Shown: piece by piece, positions 18,071-27,882 of the stretch | How positions within the stretch are numbered: the first letter of the stretch is position 1 | Layout of the letters: every line of letters begins with the position of its first letter | Source of the DNA: an uncultured bacterium | Lineage (GTDB): Bacteria; Hydrothermota; Tepidihabitantia; Tepidihabitantales; DTDR01 | Direction of reading: 5' to 3' | Assembly: GCA_938040315.1 (NCBI GenBank) | Contig: CALHQW010000006.1 | Span: forward strand, 1,113 to 65,112 | DNA: 64,000 nt | Made by a program: the position numbers and the translations under genes | The notes under the pieces: model-generated | Seen by the model: only the letters and a program-made list of their open reading frames with translations | Database searches by the model: none | Told to the model about the DNA's origin: nothing

Positions 18071-20007
18071 TTCTTTAAAAAACTAATGAGACAGTTAATA
18101 TTATCGGTAATTTTCACTCCTTTTGGTAAGGAACTAAGAAAATATTTGCCATAAGATTTTTCGCGTATTCGCCTATCTAAAATTACAATTGCTCCATAAT
18201 CTTCTTTACTTCTAATTAATCGACCAAATCCTTGTCGAAATTTTAAAACAGCGTTAGGTAACTGATAATGCAAAAAGGGGTCTAAATTTTCTTTTTTTAA
18301 TTTCTCTTTAATTCCTTCAATTCTTGGTTCATCGGGTACATCAAAAGGCAAACGGGTTATTATTAAACAAGAAAGGGATTCACCCGGAACATCAATACCT
18401 TGCCAAAAAGAGCCAGTAGCAAAAAGAGAAGCATTAATTTCTCTTTTAAATTCGGATAAAAGTTGAGTAGGAGAAGCATCTTCATCCTGTAATAAAATTT
18501 TATATTCTTTATATTTTGTCTTATCGCATAACTCATAAACTCTTTTTAATGCTTCGAAACTAGTGAATAAAACCAAAGTTCTTCCTTTTGCGTGATAGAT
18601 AATATCATCAATTATTTTCGCTGCTTTTTCATAAAAAAATTCTTCTTCAGTGGGAGAAGGAATGTTTTTTTCAATGTAAACTAAGGCTTGTTGAGAATAA
18701 TCAAAAGGTGAAGGAAAATAATTTTTATCATATTTTTTAATTCCTAAACGAGAGGTAAAAAATTCAAAATTAGAATCTTTTCCTATCCTTAATGTTGCAG
18801 AAGTAAAAATTATTGGTATCTCTTTATTAAAAAGATTTTCCTTCATAACTTCTTGAACATCCACTAAGGCAGCATTTAAAGAAAGAGAATTTTTTTCTTC
18901 AGCGATCCAAAAAACAAAATTAGCCTTTTCCTTATAAAAATCTTCAATATTTTTTATTTTTTCTTCCACTTCTTTCATCCAAGCAACAAATTCAATGGCT
19001 ATCTCTTCATTTTCCATTTTTGAAACATCCTTAACGATTTTTTCTTTAAGATTTTTTAAGGGAATAAGAAAATTAGGTAAAATTGTTAAATCACCTTTTA
19101 TTCTTTTCTTCTTTTCACTTTCAAGAAAATCTTTTATTCTTTGAAAATAATTATTTAAATTATCAAGAACATTAAAAATTTCCCTTTGGTATTCTTTTAA
19201 TTTTTTATTTTCTAATTTTAAAATTTTTAATAAGCCCTTTTTTGTTTTAGGATTATATAATCGGAAAAGGAGATTTTTAAGATAATTCTCACTGATTGAA
19301 AATCCAAAAGAGTTAGCACAAATATCTTCTATTGAATGGGCTTCATCAAAGATTACTGCCTCGTATTCGGGTAAAATTGGATATTTTAAATTAGTAAAGA
19401 ATAATGCATGATTTACAATCAAAAGATTACATTCTTTCCATTTCTTCCTCTCTATTTGGTAAACACATTCTTTATAATATTTACATTTCTCATTAAGACA
19501 AGCTTCTGAGGCGGAAGCGATTTTTTCTTTAAGAAAGGGATAATTTTCTAAGAGATCTATTGGTATTCCTCTATCGGTAGTTAATTGTTCATAAATTTTT
19601 TCTTCATCAGAAAATTCAAAAAGTTGATAATTATAAATTTGCTTTATTCTTCTTTTACAAGGATAATTTTCTCTTCCGTAAGCGACTGCGTAAGAAAAAT
19701 CAAAATCAAATATCTTTTTTGCTAATAAAATATCAGAATTTAAAATTTGGTTTTGTAATACCTTTGTATAAGTAGAGATGATTATTCTTTTGTTATATTT
19801 TTTGGCGCAAAAAATTGCTGCTAAAAGATAGCCCAAAGTTTTACCAATACCGGTTTCGGCTTCAATAACTAAAATTTTATTATTTTCTAAAGCATTACAA
19901 ATTGCCAAAGCATAATCCTCCTGTTCCTTTCTCTCTTCATATTTTTTATTACGAGAAGAAAAAGCCTGTTGAAGATTATATTTTTTAAATATTTCTCTAC
20001 ATTCCAT
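18049..20007 (-). CDS. dinG: DinG/Rad3-family ATP-dependent DNA helicase (Fe-S, DEAH)
   Basis: Walker A AETGIGKTLGYL, a VIFDEAHSIED DEAH box, Cys-rich insert (CLNEKCKYYKEC), and a C-terminal helicase domain. Confidence 0.75.
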   Translation of the reverse strand: MECREIFKKYNLQQAFSSRNKKYEERKEQEDYALAICNALENNKILVIEAETGIGKTLGYLLAAIFCAKKYNKRIIISTYTKVLQNQILNSDILLAKKIFDFDFSYAVAYGRENYPCKRRIKQIYNYQLFEFSDEEKIYEQLTTDRGIPIDLLENYPFLKEKIASASEACLNEKCKYYKECVYQIERKKWKECNLLIVNHALFFTNLKYPILPEYEAVIFDEAHSIEDICANSFGFSISENYLKNLLFRLYNPKTKKGLLKILKLENKKLKEYQREIFNVLDNLNNYFQRIKDFLESEKKKRIKGDLTILPNFLIPLKNLKEKIVKDVSKMENEEIAIEFVAWMKEVEEKIKNIEDFYKEKANFVFWIAEEKNSLSLNAALVDVQEVMKENLFNKEIPIIFTSATLRIGKDSNFEFFTSRLGIKKYDKNYFPSPFDYSQQALVYIEKNIPSPTEEEFFYEKAAKIIDDIIYHAKGRTLVLFTSFEALKRVYELCDKTKYKEYKILLQDEDASPTQLLSEFKREINASLFATGSFWQGIDVPGESLSCLIITRLPFDVPDEPRIEGIKEKLKKENLDPFLHYQLPNAVLKFRQGFGRLIRSKEDYGAIVILDRRIREKSYGKYFLSSLPKGVKITDNINCLISFLKKCTNQNF

Positions 20008-20397
20008 TTATTTTTTTTGAATGTTTTTTTTAATTGCTTCTTTGGATGGAAATTGATATTTTTTTATAAACTCTTCTTCAAAATCAAAAAAATTAATAAA
20101 ATCTTCTTTTTTATCCTCTTCTCTTTTTGTTAAAATTCCTACTTCACAGAGATTAAAAACAATTTCGCCTATATTATCAGTAGATTTTATTCCCCAATAT
20201 TCTAAAACAGTTTTTGCTAAAAGACCAAATTCTTTCTGGGCTAATTCTTTAAAACCTAAAAGTAATTCTTTACCAGAAATATGATTAGTAGTTTTTAACT
20301 TCCTTTTGGTATATTCTAAGGCATCTAGAAGGAATAAATAAGCCTCTCTTTTATATTGGGAATTTTTTTTAATAATTTCATTGATTTTATCGTTCAT
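20008..20397 (-). CDS. Conserved hypothetical small protein (129 aa)
   Basis: An ORF with an N-terminal Y..EAYLFLLDALEYT motif. No confident family assignment. Abuts dinG (1-nt gap) and overlaps the downstream gene by 4 nt. Confidence 0.4.
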   Translation of the reverse strand: MNDKINEIIKKNSQYKREAYLFLLDALEYTKRKLKTTNHISGKELLLGFKELAQKEFGLLAKTVLEYWGIKSTDNIGEIVFNLCEVGILTKREEDKKEDFINFFDFEEEFIKKYQFPSKEAIKKNIQKK

Positions 20398-21569
20398 ACT
20401 TTGGCTAAAGCTTGTTCTAAATCTTCGATTATATCTTCGGCATCTTCAATTCCCACTGACATACGAACAAGTCCTTCACTAATTCCTGATTTTTCTAAAT
20501 CTTCTTTAGAATAAGTAAAATGAGTCATCGAAGCAGGATGCTCAATTAGTGTTGCGGTATCTCCTAAACTTACTGCACAAAGGCATAATTTAATATTATT
20601 CATTAATTTTCTTCCAGCTTCTCGACCACCTTTTAATTCAAAGGCAATCATACCTGAAAATCCCCTCATCTGTTTTTTAGCAATTTCATGTTGAGGATGG
20701 GAAGGAAGTCCAGGATAAGAAACCCATTTTACTTTTGGATGATTTTCTAAAAACTGAGCAACCTTTAATCCGTTTTCATTATGCTTATTCATTCTTAGGG
20801 CTAAAGTTTTCAACCCCCTTAATAATAACCAAGCATTAAAGGGGCTAATTATTGCACCAAAATTTCTAATTAGATTTTCTTTTAAGTTTTTAATTGTTTC
20901 TTTATCGCTGATTACTACTCCTCCCAAAGTATCTCCGTGACCGGAGATATATTTTGTAGCGGAGTGAAGAGAGATATCGGCTTTTAGTTTTAAAGGTTTT
21001 TGATTAAAGGTAGTAGCAAAAGTATTATCAACAACAACTTTTGCCTCATATTGGTGAGCAATTTCGGAAATTTCTTTAATATCAATAATTTCAATTGTTG
21101 GATTTGTAGGAGTTTCAATAAAGATGATTTTTGTTTTTTTATTTATCTTCTTTTTTAATTCTTCTGAAAAATTTTTAGCCCTAAGCCATTCAATTTTAAT
21201 TCCCAAATTTGAAAGAATAGAAGTAAAAAGAGAATAAGTACAGCCATAGATAGGATAAGAGGCTAAAATTTCCTCGCCAGGTTTTATTAAGGCAAAAATT
21301 ACTGCACTTATTGCTGCCATTCCAGAAGCAAAAGCGCAGGCGTCTTCTCCTTCTTCTAAAAAAGCCATTTTTTCTTCAAAAGCCCTAATAGTGGGGTTTC
21401 CTAAACGAGTATAAAAGTAACCTTCTTTTTCTTTAGCAATAATACTAGCACCTTCTTCTGCAGAAGAGAAGGTAAAAATTGCTGTTTGATAAATTGGTAC
21501 CGATAAAGAACGTGTAAATTTCTCTCCCAAAATTTCTTTTCCATGAACATATTTAGTAAATTCCCGCAT
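20394..21569 (-). CDS. PLP-dependent Cys/Met-metabolism enzyme (methionine gamma-lyase / O-acetylhomoserine sulfhydrylase family)
   Basis: The Cys_Met_Meta_PP family pattern is present, with the PLP-lysine region SATKYISGHGD. Confidence 0.8.
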   Translation of the reverse strand: MREFTKYVHGKEILGEKFTRSLSVPIYQTAIFTFSSAEEGASIIAKEKEGYFYTRLGNPTIRAFEEKMAFLEEGEDACAFASGMAAISAVIFALIKPGEEILASYPIYGCTYSLFTSILSNLGIKIEWLRAKNFSEELKKKINKKTKIIFIETPTNPTIEIIDIKEISEIAHQYEAKVVVDNTFATTFNQKPLKLKADISLHSATKYISGHGDTLGGVVISDKETIKNLKENLIRNFGAIISPFNAWLLLRGLKTLALRMNKHNENGLKVAQFLENHPKVKWVSYPGLPSHPQHEIAKKQMRGFSGMIAFELKGGREAGRKLMNNIKLCLCAVSLGDTATLIEHPASMTHFTYSKEDLEKSGISEGLVRMSVGIEDAEDIIEDLEQALAKV

Positions 21570-21638
21570 AAATTCTCCTTTTTTAAAAAAATATTAACAA
21601 ACTACTTTTAAAAATCAATAATTTTTGTATAATATAAA

Positions 21639-22229
21639 ATGAAAAGTAAAGAAGAAATCAGAAAGGAGATTTGGGAATATATGGAGAGAAATAACCTTGT
21701 TAGTTTCCCTCGACCTTGTTACGGAAGAATTCCTAATTTTATTGGTAGCGAAAAAGCCGCAAGAAAATTATATGAAATTAAAGAATTTTTGAAAGCCAAC
21801 GGTGTTTTTTCTGCTCCTGACAATGTTTTAAAGGAGGCAAGAAGAATAGTATTAAAGGAGGGCAAAAGTCTAATTGTTGCTTTACCTCATATTGAAGGGT
21901 ATTTAGAAATAAAAGGAAGAGAAATAGCCGATAAAGCAATAACAATTAAAAATTTTAAAAAATATGGTAAAGAACCAGAGACTTTCGTTGAAGTTTTTAT
22001 TCAAGGTAGTGTAGCGGTAGATTTAAAAGGAAATCGTTTAGGAAAAGGAAAGGGATATGGCGATAAAGAATATTATGATTTGAAGAATAAAGGGTTAATT
22101 AAAAAGCCTTTAGTAATTACTATTGTTCATGATTGTCAAGTTTTAGAAGATTTTTCTTATTTAGTTGAGCCTCACGACATAAGAGTAGATGTAATATTAA
22201 CTCCCACAAGAATAATCAGAATTAATTAA
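21639..22229 (+). CDS. 5-formyltetrahydrofolate cyclo-ligase family protein
   Basis: The RIPNFIG motif and overall MTHFS-family similarity. TGTATAAT (21626-21633) lies 5 nt before the ATG. Confidence 0.7.
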   Translation: MKSKEEIRKEIWEYMERNNLVSFPRPCYGRIPNFIGSEKAARKLYEIKEFLKANGVFSAPDNVLKEARRIVLKEGKSLIVALPHIEGYLEIKGREIADKAITIKNFKKYGKEPETFVEVFIQGSVAVDLKGNRLGKGKGYGDKEYYDLKNKGLIKKPLVITIVHDCQVLEDFSYLVEPHDIRVDVILTPTRIIRIN

Positions 22230-22757
22230 CAAATTAGTTATTTCTTCTTTTAGAATTTTTAATAGTTGATTTCGGTTTTCAAAAGTTGTTTCGTAGATTT
22301 TTACTTTTGGTGATGCTTTTAGATTTTCAATAAATTCAATTTTGGAAATTGGAATAGTGGCAATGATAATTTTATTTAATTGGAAGATTTCAACTATTTT
22401 CTCTTTAAAATTTTTGGAAAAAAGTTCCATTTTACCAATTTCATCTATTAAAATAATTTTTCTTTTATTTACTAAGTTTAACTCAGGAATTATTAATTTT
22501 TCAAACCTTTGAATATTCACATAGTATTTAGAAATTTTGTAGGGTGAAGGAAAATTGATATGGGCTAAGATTCCTTCGCCATTATTTAAGGTAATAATTT
22601 TAAAACCCACTCTTTCATTTTTTTCTCTTATTTCTTCGGTATAAAATCCACAAATATCTTTTAAATCAAAACATAAAGCCAGTTTTTTAATCAAAGTTGT
22701 TTTTCCAATACCTGGTTTACCAGTAATTAGGAATATTGATTTGTTTAAAAATTTCAT
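22197..22757 (-). CDS. NTPase (THEP1/COG1618-like P-loop nucleoside-triphosphatase)
   Basis: Walker A GKPGIGKTTL and a Walker B ILIDEIGKME. Confidence 0.6.
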   Translation of the reverse strand: MKFLNKSIFLITGKPGIGKTTLIKKLALCFDLKDICGFYTEEIREKNERVGFKIITLNNGEGILAHINFPSPYKISKYYVNIQRFEKLIIPELNLVNKRKIILIDEIGKMELFSKNFKEKIVEIFQLNKIIIATIPISKIEFIENLKASPKVKIYETTFENRNQLLKILKEEITNLLINSDYSCGS

Positions 22758-22772
22758 TATTATAATTTAAAA

Positions 22773-22846
22773 GGGCGGTTAGCTCAGTTGGTTAGAGCGT
22801 CGGTCTCACATACCGAAGGTCAGAGGTTCAAGTCCTCTACCGCCCA
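22773..22846 (+). tRNA. tRNA-Val (anticodon CAC)
   Basis: Manual fold: acceptor GGGCGGT/ACCGCCC, D-arm GCTC-AGTTGGTTA-GAGC, anticodon stem TCGGT/ACCGA with loop CTCACAT, T-arm AGAGG-TTCAAGT-CCTCT, discriminator A. Confidence 0.85.
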
Positions 22847-22866
22847 TTAGAAGTTAAAAATTTAAA

Positions 22867-23190
22867 TTAATCTTCCGGAGGAGGATGAATTTTAAGAATT
22901 TCAATTTCTGTTAATAAAGGTCGAAAACCTTTTTTCCGGCGATAATTTTCTCTTCTCCGAAATTTAAAAACGATAATTTTTTTCCCTTTAAAATGAGATA
23001 ATACTTTGGCTTCAATTGAAGCTCCTTTAACTTTTGGTGTGCCTACCCAAACTTTATCATTTGACTTTAAAAATAGTATCTCATTAAATTTAACAATCTT
23101 TCCGATTTCTGCTTTAATTCGGGGAATGATTAATTTTTCTCCTTCTTTTACAAAATACTCAAATCCTTTGATTTCCGCAATCGCAAACAT
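22867..23190 (-). CDS. rplU: 50S ribosomal protein L21 (bL21)
   Basis: KFRRRENYRRKKGFRP and overall alignment to bL21. Confidence 0.9.
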   Translation of the reverse strand: MFAIAEIKGFEYFVKEGEKLIIPRIKAEIGKIVKFNEILFLKSNDKVWVGTPKVKGASIEAKVLSHFKGKKIIVFKFRRRENYRRKKGFRPLLTEIEILKIHPPPED

Positions 23191-23191
23191 T

Positions 23192-23467
23192 TTATCTTCC
23201 TTGTTGTTGAGTAGTGGTTGTTCTTTGTGGAGTTTTTTGAATTTTAGGTTGAGAGGTTAATACCAAACCTACTGATGTGATTAAAAGTAAAGTAGCCACT
23301 GCCGAGGTTAGTTTCACCATAAAAGGAGAAATACCACCACCACCAAAAATTGATTCACCACCGCCAAAAATTAAAGACAATCCACCTTTCTCAGGTTGTT
23401 GTAAAAGGATAATAAATATTAAAATTAAGCATGTAAAAATATGTAAAATTAATAAAAAAGTAAACAT
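23192..23467 (-). CDS. secG: Preprotein translocase subunit SecG
   Basis: LLQQPEKGG...FGGG glycine-rich motif and two TM segments. Positioned after tpiA as in many bacteria. Confidence 0.8.
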   Translation of the reverse strand: MFTFLLILHIFTCLILIFIILLQQPEKGGLSLIFGGGESIFGGGGISPFMVKLTSAVATLLLITSVGLVLTSQPKIQKTPQRTTTTQQQGR

Positions 23468-23490
23468 TTTTTTATTTTAACAAAAAATTT

Positions 23491-24246
23491 TTATAAATCA
23501 AGATTAATAATTTGAGCAAATTCATTTAATTTTATACTAACACCACCAATTAAGGCACCATCAATTTCTTCCTCTTTTAATAAATCTTTAATATTATCTT
23601 TATTCACACTTCCACCATAAATAATTCTTAAATTTTCACTAATTTTCTTTCCATAATTTTGAGAAATAAACTCGCGAATAAAACTATGAACTTCGTTTGC
23701 TTGTGCAGGAAGAGCATTTATACCCGTTCCGATCGCCCAAACCGGTTCATAAGCAATTACCATTCCGTTTAGTTCTTTTATATCTTTTAATCCCTTTTTT
23801 AATTGGTTTTCAATAACTTGTAAAGTTTCTCCCTTTTCTCTTTCTTCCAAATTTTCTCCTACACAGAAGACGGGTTTTAGATTAGTACTTAAAGATTTTT
23901 TAATTTTTTTGTTTATCATTTCATCATTTTCTAAAAAATATTTTCGCCTTTCCGAATGACCGATTATCACATATTCACAACCTAAAGCAATTAAAAATTG
24001 TGGAGAAATTTCTCCGGTAAAGGCTCCTTTATCTTCCCAATGAACATTTTGGGCACCTAATTTGATTTTACTATTTTTAATAACTTCAGATACAGTAAAA
24101 AGCGTAGTAAAAGGTGGGAAAATAACAATTTCTTTTTTCTCATTGTTTCTAATTAACTGTAAAAGTTTCTCGACAAATTCTTTCCCTTCTAAATGGTTAA
24201 GATTCATTTTCCAATTACCACCAATAAAAACTTTTCTTTTTTTCAT
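23491..24246 (-). CDS. tpiA: Triosephosphate isomerase
   Basis: FIGGNWKMN, GHSERR and AYEPVWAIGTG motifs. Confidence 0.92.
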   Translation of the reverse strand: MKKRKVFIGGNWKMNLNHLEGKEFVEKLLQLIRNNEKKEIVIFPPFTTLFTVSEVIKNSKIKLGAQNVHWEDKGAFTGEISPQFLIALGCEYVIIGHSERRKYFLENDEMINKKIKKSLSTNLKPVFCVGENLEEREKGETLQVIENQLKKGLKDIKELNGMVIAYEPVWAIGTGINALPAQANEVHSFIREFISQNYGKKISENLRIIYGGSVNKDNIKDLLKEEEIDGALIGGVSIKLNEFAQIINLDL

Positions 24247-25416
24247 TTAACTATCAAGAGCTTTTAAACCCGGCAGTTCTTTTCCTTCCAAAAATTCCAA
24301 CGTAGCACCGCCAGCCATAGAGAGAAAAGAAAATTTATTAGCGTAATTAAATTTATTTATTGCTGCGATAGTATCTCCACCACCTGCTAGACTAAAAGCA
24401 CCTTTTTCGGTGGCTTGCGAAATAGCTTTTATAATTTCTCTGGTTCCGTAACTGAAAGGCTCAATTTCAAATATTCCTAAAGGACCACAGAGAATAATTG
24501 TTTTTGCTTCACTAATTATTTTTATGTATTGGGCAACAGTCTCTTTGCCAATATCCACTCCATAATAATCCTTTCTTATCTCTTTTATTGAGGTGTTATA
24601 ATAATCGGCCTTTTGGGAGATTTCAGAGGCAATTAGAACATCAACAGGTAAAATTAACTTTTCTTCTTTGGCTAAATCCTTACCTTCTTTTAGAAGATTT
24701 TCTTCATAAATTGATTTACCAATTTCATATCCTAAAGCTTTAAAAATGGTAAAAATTACACCACCGCCTAAGAGAATCTTATCCACCTTTGGTAAAAGAT
24801 TTTTTATTACTCCTAATTTATCAGAAATTTTTGCTCCACCAATAATTAAAATCGCTGGTCCTTTAACATTTTCTAATATCTTTTTTAAATTTTCTACTTC
24901 CTTCAAAAGTTGAAAACCAGCACATTTTTCCTTTATAAATTGAGTAATACCAACGATAGAAGCATGTGCTCGGTGGGAAGCGGAAAAGGCATCATTTATA
25001 TATACCTCTATCTCTTTCGCTAATTCTTTGGCAAAATTTAAATCATTTTTTTCTTCTTCTTGATAAAATCTTAAATTTTCTAATAAATAAATTTCACCGG
25101 GTTTGGCTTTTTTCTTTTTTTCTAAAACTTTCTCACCTACACAATCGTCTAAAAAAATTACTTCTCTATTTAAAAGTTTTGATAAGTGAGAAGCAATAGG
25201 AAATAAAGAAAATTCTTTTTTTCTTTCACCTTTTGGTTTTCCTAAATGGGAGGCGATAAAAAGAGTATTAGAAAAATTTAAAATATAAAAAATAGTTTCC
25301 AAAGACGCTTTAATTCGTGAATCATCAAGAATTTCTCCATCTTTTAAAGGCACGTTGTAATCTACTCTTAAAAATATTTTTTTGGTTTCTAAATTAACAT
25401 TTTTTAGTGATCTCAT
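24247..25416 (-). CDS. pgk: Phosphoglycerate kinase
   Basis: RVDYNVP, GGGASLEFLEGK-like C-terminus. 389 aa. Confidence 0.92.
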   Translation of the reverse strand: MRSLKNVNLETKKIFLRVDYNVPLKDGEILDDSRIKASLETIFYILNFSNTLFIASHLGKPKGERKKEFSLFPIASHLSKLLNREVIFLDDCVGEKVLEKKKKAKPGEIYLLENLRFYQEEEKNDLNFAKELAKEIEVYINDAFSASHRAHASIVGITQFIKEKCAGFQLLKEVENLKKILENVKGPAILIIGGAKISDKLGVIKNLLPKVDKILLGGGVIFTIFKALGYEIGKSIYEENLLKEGKDLAKEEKLILPVDVLIASEISQKADYYNTSIKEIRKDYYGVDIGKETVAQYIKIISEAKTIILCGPLGIFEIEPFSYGTREIIKAISQATEKGAFSLAGGGDTIAAINKFNYANKFSFLSMAGGATLEFLEGKELPGLKALDS

Positions 25417-25420
25417 AATA

Positions 25421-26431
25421 TTATTTTAAATTCTTTGCCACAAGTTCAATTAATTCAACTACTCGGCAAGAGTACCCCCACTCGTTATCATACCACGCAT
25501 ATACTTTTACAAAATTACCATCGATTACTTCCGTAAGGGTAGCATCAAAAATACAAGAAAAAGGATTACCAATAAAATCTTGAGAGACAAGTTCTTCTTC
25601 AATATATTGAAGATATCTACTTAAATAAGTCTCGCTCGCTTTTTTAAAGGCCTGATTTACTTCCTCTTTGTTTGTTTGTTTCTCAACAACGCATGATAAA
25701 TCTACTATTGACACATTTGCTACCGGAACTCTTATAGCAATTCCCGAAATTTTTCCTTTTAATTCGGGAAAGATAATACCAATCATTTTTGTGGCACCGC
25801 TACTGGTAGGAATTATTGATAGTCCACAAGCTCGTGCTCGCCGTAAATCTTTATGGGGTGCGTCTAAAATTCGTTGGTCATTGGTATAAGCGTGAATCGT
25901 GGTCATATAACCGGTAAGAATTTTAAAATTTTCGTGGAGAACCTTTACTAATGGAGAAAGACAATTAGTAGTACAAGAAGCATTAGAGATAATATGATCT
26001 TTTTCTGGTTCATAATCTTTTTCGTTTATTCCTAAAACAAAAGATTTAATCTCTTTTTCATCTTTTGGAGGAGCTGTTAGAATTACTTTTTTAGCACCCC
26101 TTTTTAGATGATTTTCTAATTCTTCTTTTTTGCGAAATATGCCAGTAGCTTCGACCACGATGTCCACTTTTAATTTTTCCCAAGGTAAATTTTTAATATC
26201 TTTTTCATTTAAAACAAGAATTTCTCGACCATTCACCACTAATTTGTCTTTTTCACCTTTAACTTCGTAAGGAATTTGGCGATGAATAGAATCGTACTTA
26301 AAGAGATGAGCCAAAATTTTACCATCCGCTACATCATTAATTGCTACAAATTCTAAATTTTTATTTTCTAATCCAATTCTTAATACTAACCTTCCAATTC
26401 GGCCAAATCCATTTATGGCTACTCTTACCAT
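25421..26431 (-). CDS. gap: Glyceraldehyde-3-phosphate dehydrogenase (type I)
   Basis: INGFGRIGR and the active-site SCTTNC. Confidence 0.95.
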   Translation of the reverse strand: MVRVAINGFGRIGRLVLRIGLENKNLEFVAINDVADGKILAHLFKYDSIHRQIPYEVKGEKDKLVVNGREILVLNEKDIKNLPWEKLKVDIVVEATGIFRKKEELENHLKRGAKKVILTAPPKDEKEIKSFVLGINEKDYEPEKDHIISNASCTTNCLSPLVKVLHENFKILTGYMTTIHAYTNDQRILDAPHKDLRRARACGLSIIPTSSGATKMIGIIFPELKGKISGIAIRVPVANVSIVDLSCVVEKQTNKEEVNQAFKKASETYLSRYLQYIEEELVSQDFIGNPFSCIFDATLTEVIDGNFVKVYAWYDNEWGYSCRVVELIELVAKNLK

Positions 26432-26464
26432 TTTTTACCTCCCAAATGATTTTTTATTATAAAG

Positions 26465-26487
26465 AAACTTGAAAAAAAATCAAGTTT
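26465..26487. promoter_or_regulatory. Perfect palindrome AAACTTGA-A7-TCAAGTTT overlapping the predicted -35 of the gap-operon promoter (minus strand), 16 nt upstream of thyX; candidate repressor operator
   Basis: 8-bp perfect inverted-repeat arms read from the sequence. On the minus strand TTGATT -17/18- TATAAT and a GGGAGG SD precede the gap ATG. Confidence 0.4.
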
Positions 26488-26502
26488 TGGTATTTTTAAA
26501 TA

Positions 26503-27882
26503 ATGAAAGTAAATTTGGCTGGCTATAACGTAGATACAAAAATTTTAAAAAAAATACCTTCTCAGTATAAAAAGTTTTTAACACCAGAAAGTTTATCTTG
26601 TGCTTATGCGCGAATTAGTCGTTATGATTTGCCGATTGATAAATTAAGAGAAATTGCTTTAAAAGAAATTGAAAAAGCAAGAAAGACCAATCAAAGAGTT
26701 ATTTTTGAAATGGGTCATTCTTCAATTGCTGAACACAGTGTTTTTAATATTGATATTATTAATATATCCCGATTAGCCGTGGAAGAAGTTGAACATTTTC
26801 GTTTAGCCTCTTATACCGAAAAATCACAAAGATATGTAAGGTTAAAAGAAGGCTTTTTTATTCCTCAAGAAATAAAGAATACCAAAATGGAGAAAAGATA
26901 TAAAAAAATAATTAAAAAACTTTTTAATACTTATAAAGATTTCATTCAGAAAGGAATTGCGAAAGAAGATGCTCGCTATCTTTTACCTTTGGCTACTTAT
27001 ACTCAATTAGGAATGACAATAAATGCTCGTAGTTTAGAATATATGTTAAGGAAATTCTCTGCTTCACCATTATTGGAAGTTAAAAAGTTAGGTAAAAAGA
27101 TTTTTAATAAAGTGAAAAAAATTGCTCCATCCCTTTTAAGGTATTACCAGGCAACTGATTACGAATTAAAAGCCAAAGAAGAGTTAAAAAGTTTTTCTAA
27201 AAAAAATTTTCAATTTAGAAATATTGAAGAAGAAATTGAAAATGTTCGATTAGTTGCTTATTATCACAATGACTTGATTCCCAAGGCACTTTTCTATTCT
27301 TATTTTGATGGTTCTTTTCCTCAAAATTTATCTTTAAGCATTGAAGAAAAAGAAGCAATTATTAAAAAGAGTTTAGAATATTTGGAATTTTATAACGCTG
27401 TTCCTCGGGAATTTGAATTAGGATTTTTAGTATTCGAAATTGTAATAAGTGCTGCTGCCTTTGCTCAATTGAAAAGGCATCGGTTAATGACTTTAATAAG
27501 TCAATATTATAATCCAAAATTAAAATTTACTATTCCTCCTTCTATTATTGAAAAAAACTTAGAAAAAGAGTTTAAAGAAAATATAGAAGAAGCGGAAGAA
27601 TTATTCTATTCTTTGAAAGAAAAATTGGAAATAGAAGAAGCCCAATATATTTTAACAAATGCTCATCGAAAAAGGGTTTTAATCGGTTTAAATCCGAGAG
27701 AACTTTATCATATTTCGCGATTAAGAGAAGATAAAGAAGCCCAATGGGAAATTAGAGAAATTGTGCAAAAAATGAGCAATTTAGCTAAACAAAAAATGCC
27801 CGAAGTGTTTCTTTTAATTGGCGGTAAAGATAAATACCGAGAAATTTATTATTCTATTTATAATAAATATCCCCAATTTTAA
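26503..27882 (+). CDS. thyX: FAD-dependent thymidylate synthase ThyX with a tandem duplicated ThyX domain (second copy degenerate)
   Basis: First domain: HSVFNI...FRLASYTEKSQRY matches the ThyX RHR..SY.E.S.RY motif. The second domain (about aa 240-459) repeats the fold (FEIV...LKRHRLMTLISQYY ... NPRELYHISRLREDKEAQWEIREI) but lacks the first catalytic Ser. Confidence 0.8.
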   Translation: MKVNLAGYNVDTKILKKIPSQYKKFLTPESLSCAYARISRYDLPIDKLREIALKEIEKARKTNQRVIFEMGHSSIAEHSVFNIDIINISRLAVEEVEHFRLASYTEKSQRYVRLKEGFFIPQEIKNTKMEKRYKKIIKKLFNTYKDFIQKGIAKEDARYLLPLATYTQLGMTINARSLEYMLRKFSASPLLEVKKLGKKIFNKVKKIAPSLLRYYQATDYELKAKEELKSFSKKNFQFRNIEEEIENVRLVAYYHNDLIPKALFYSYFDGSFPQNLSLSIEEKEAIIKKSLEYLEFYNAVPREFELGFLVFEIVISAAAFAQLKRHRLMTLISQYYNPKLKFTIPPSIIEKNLEKEFKENIEEAEELFYSLKEKLEIEEAQYILTNAHRKRVLIGLNPRELYHISRLREDKEAQWEIREIVQKMSNLAKQKMPEVFLLIGGKDKYREIYYSIYNKYPQF

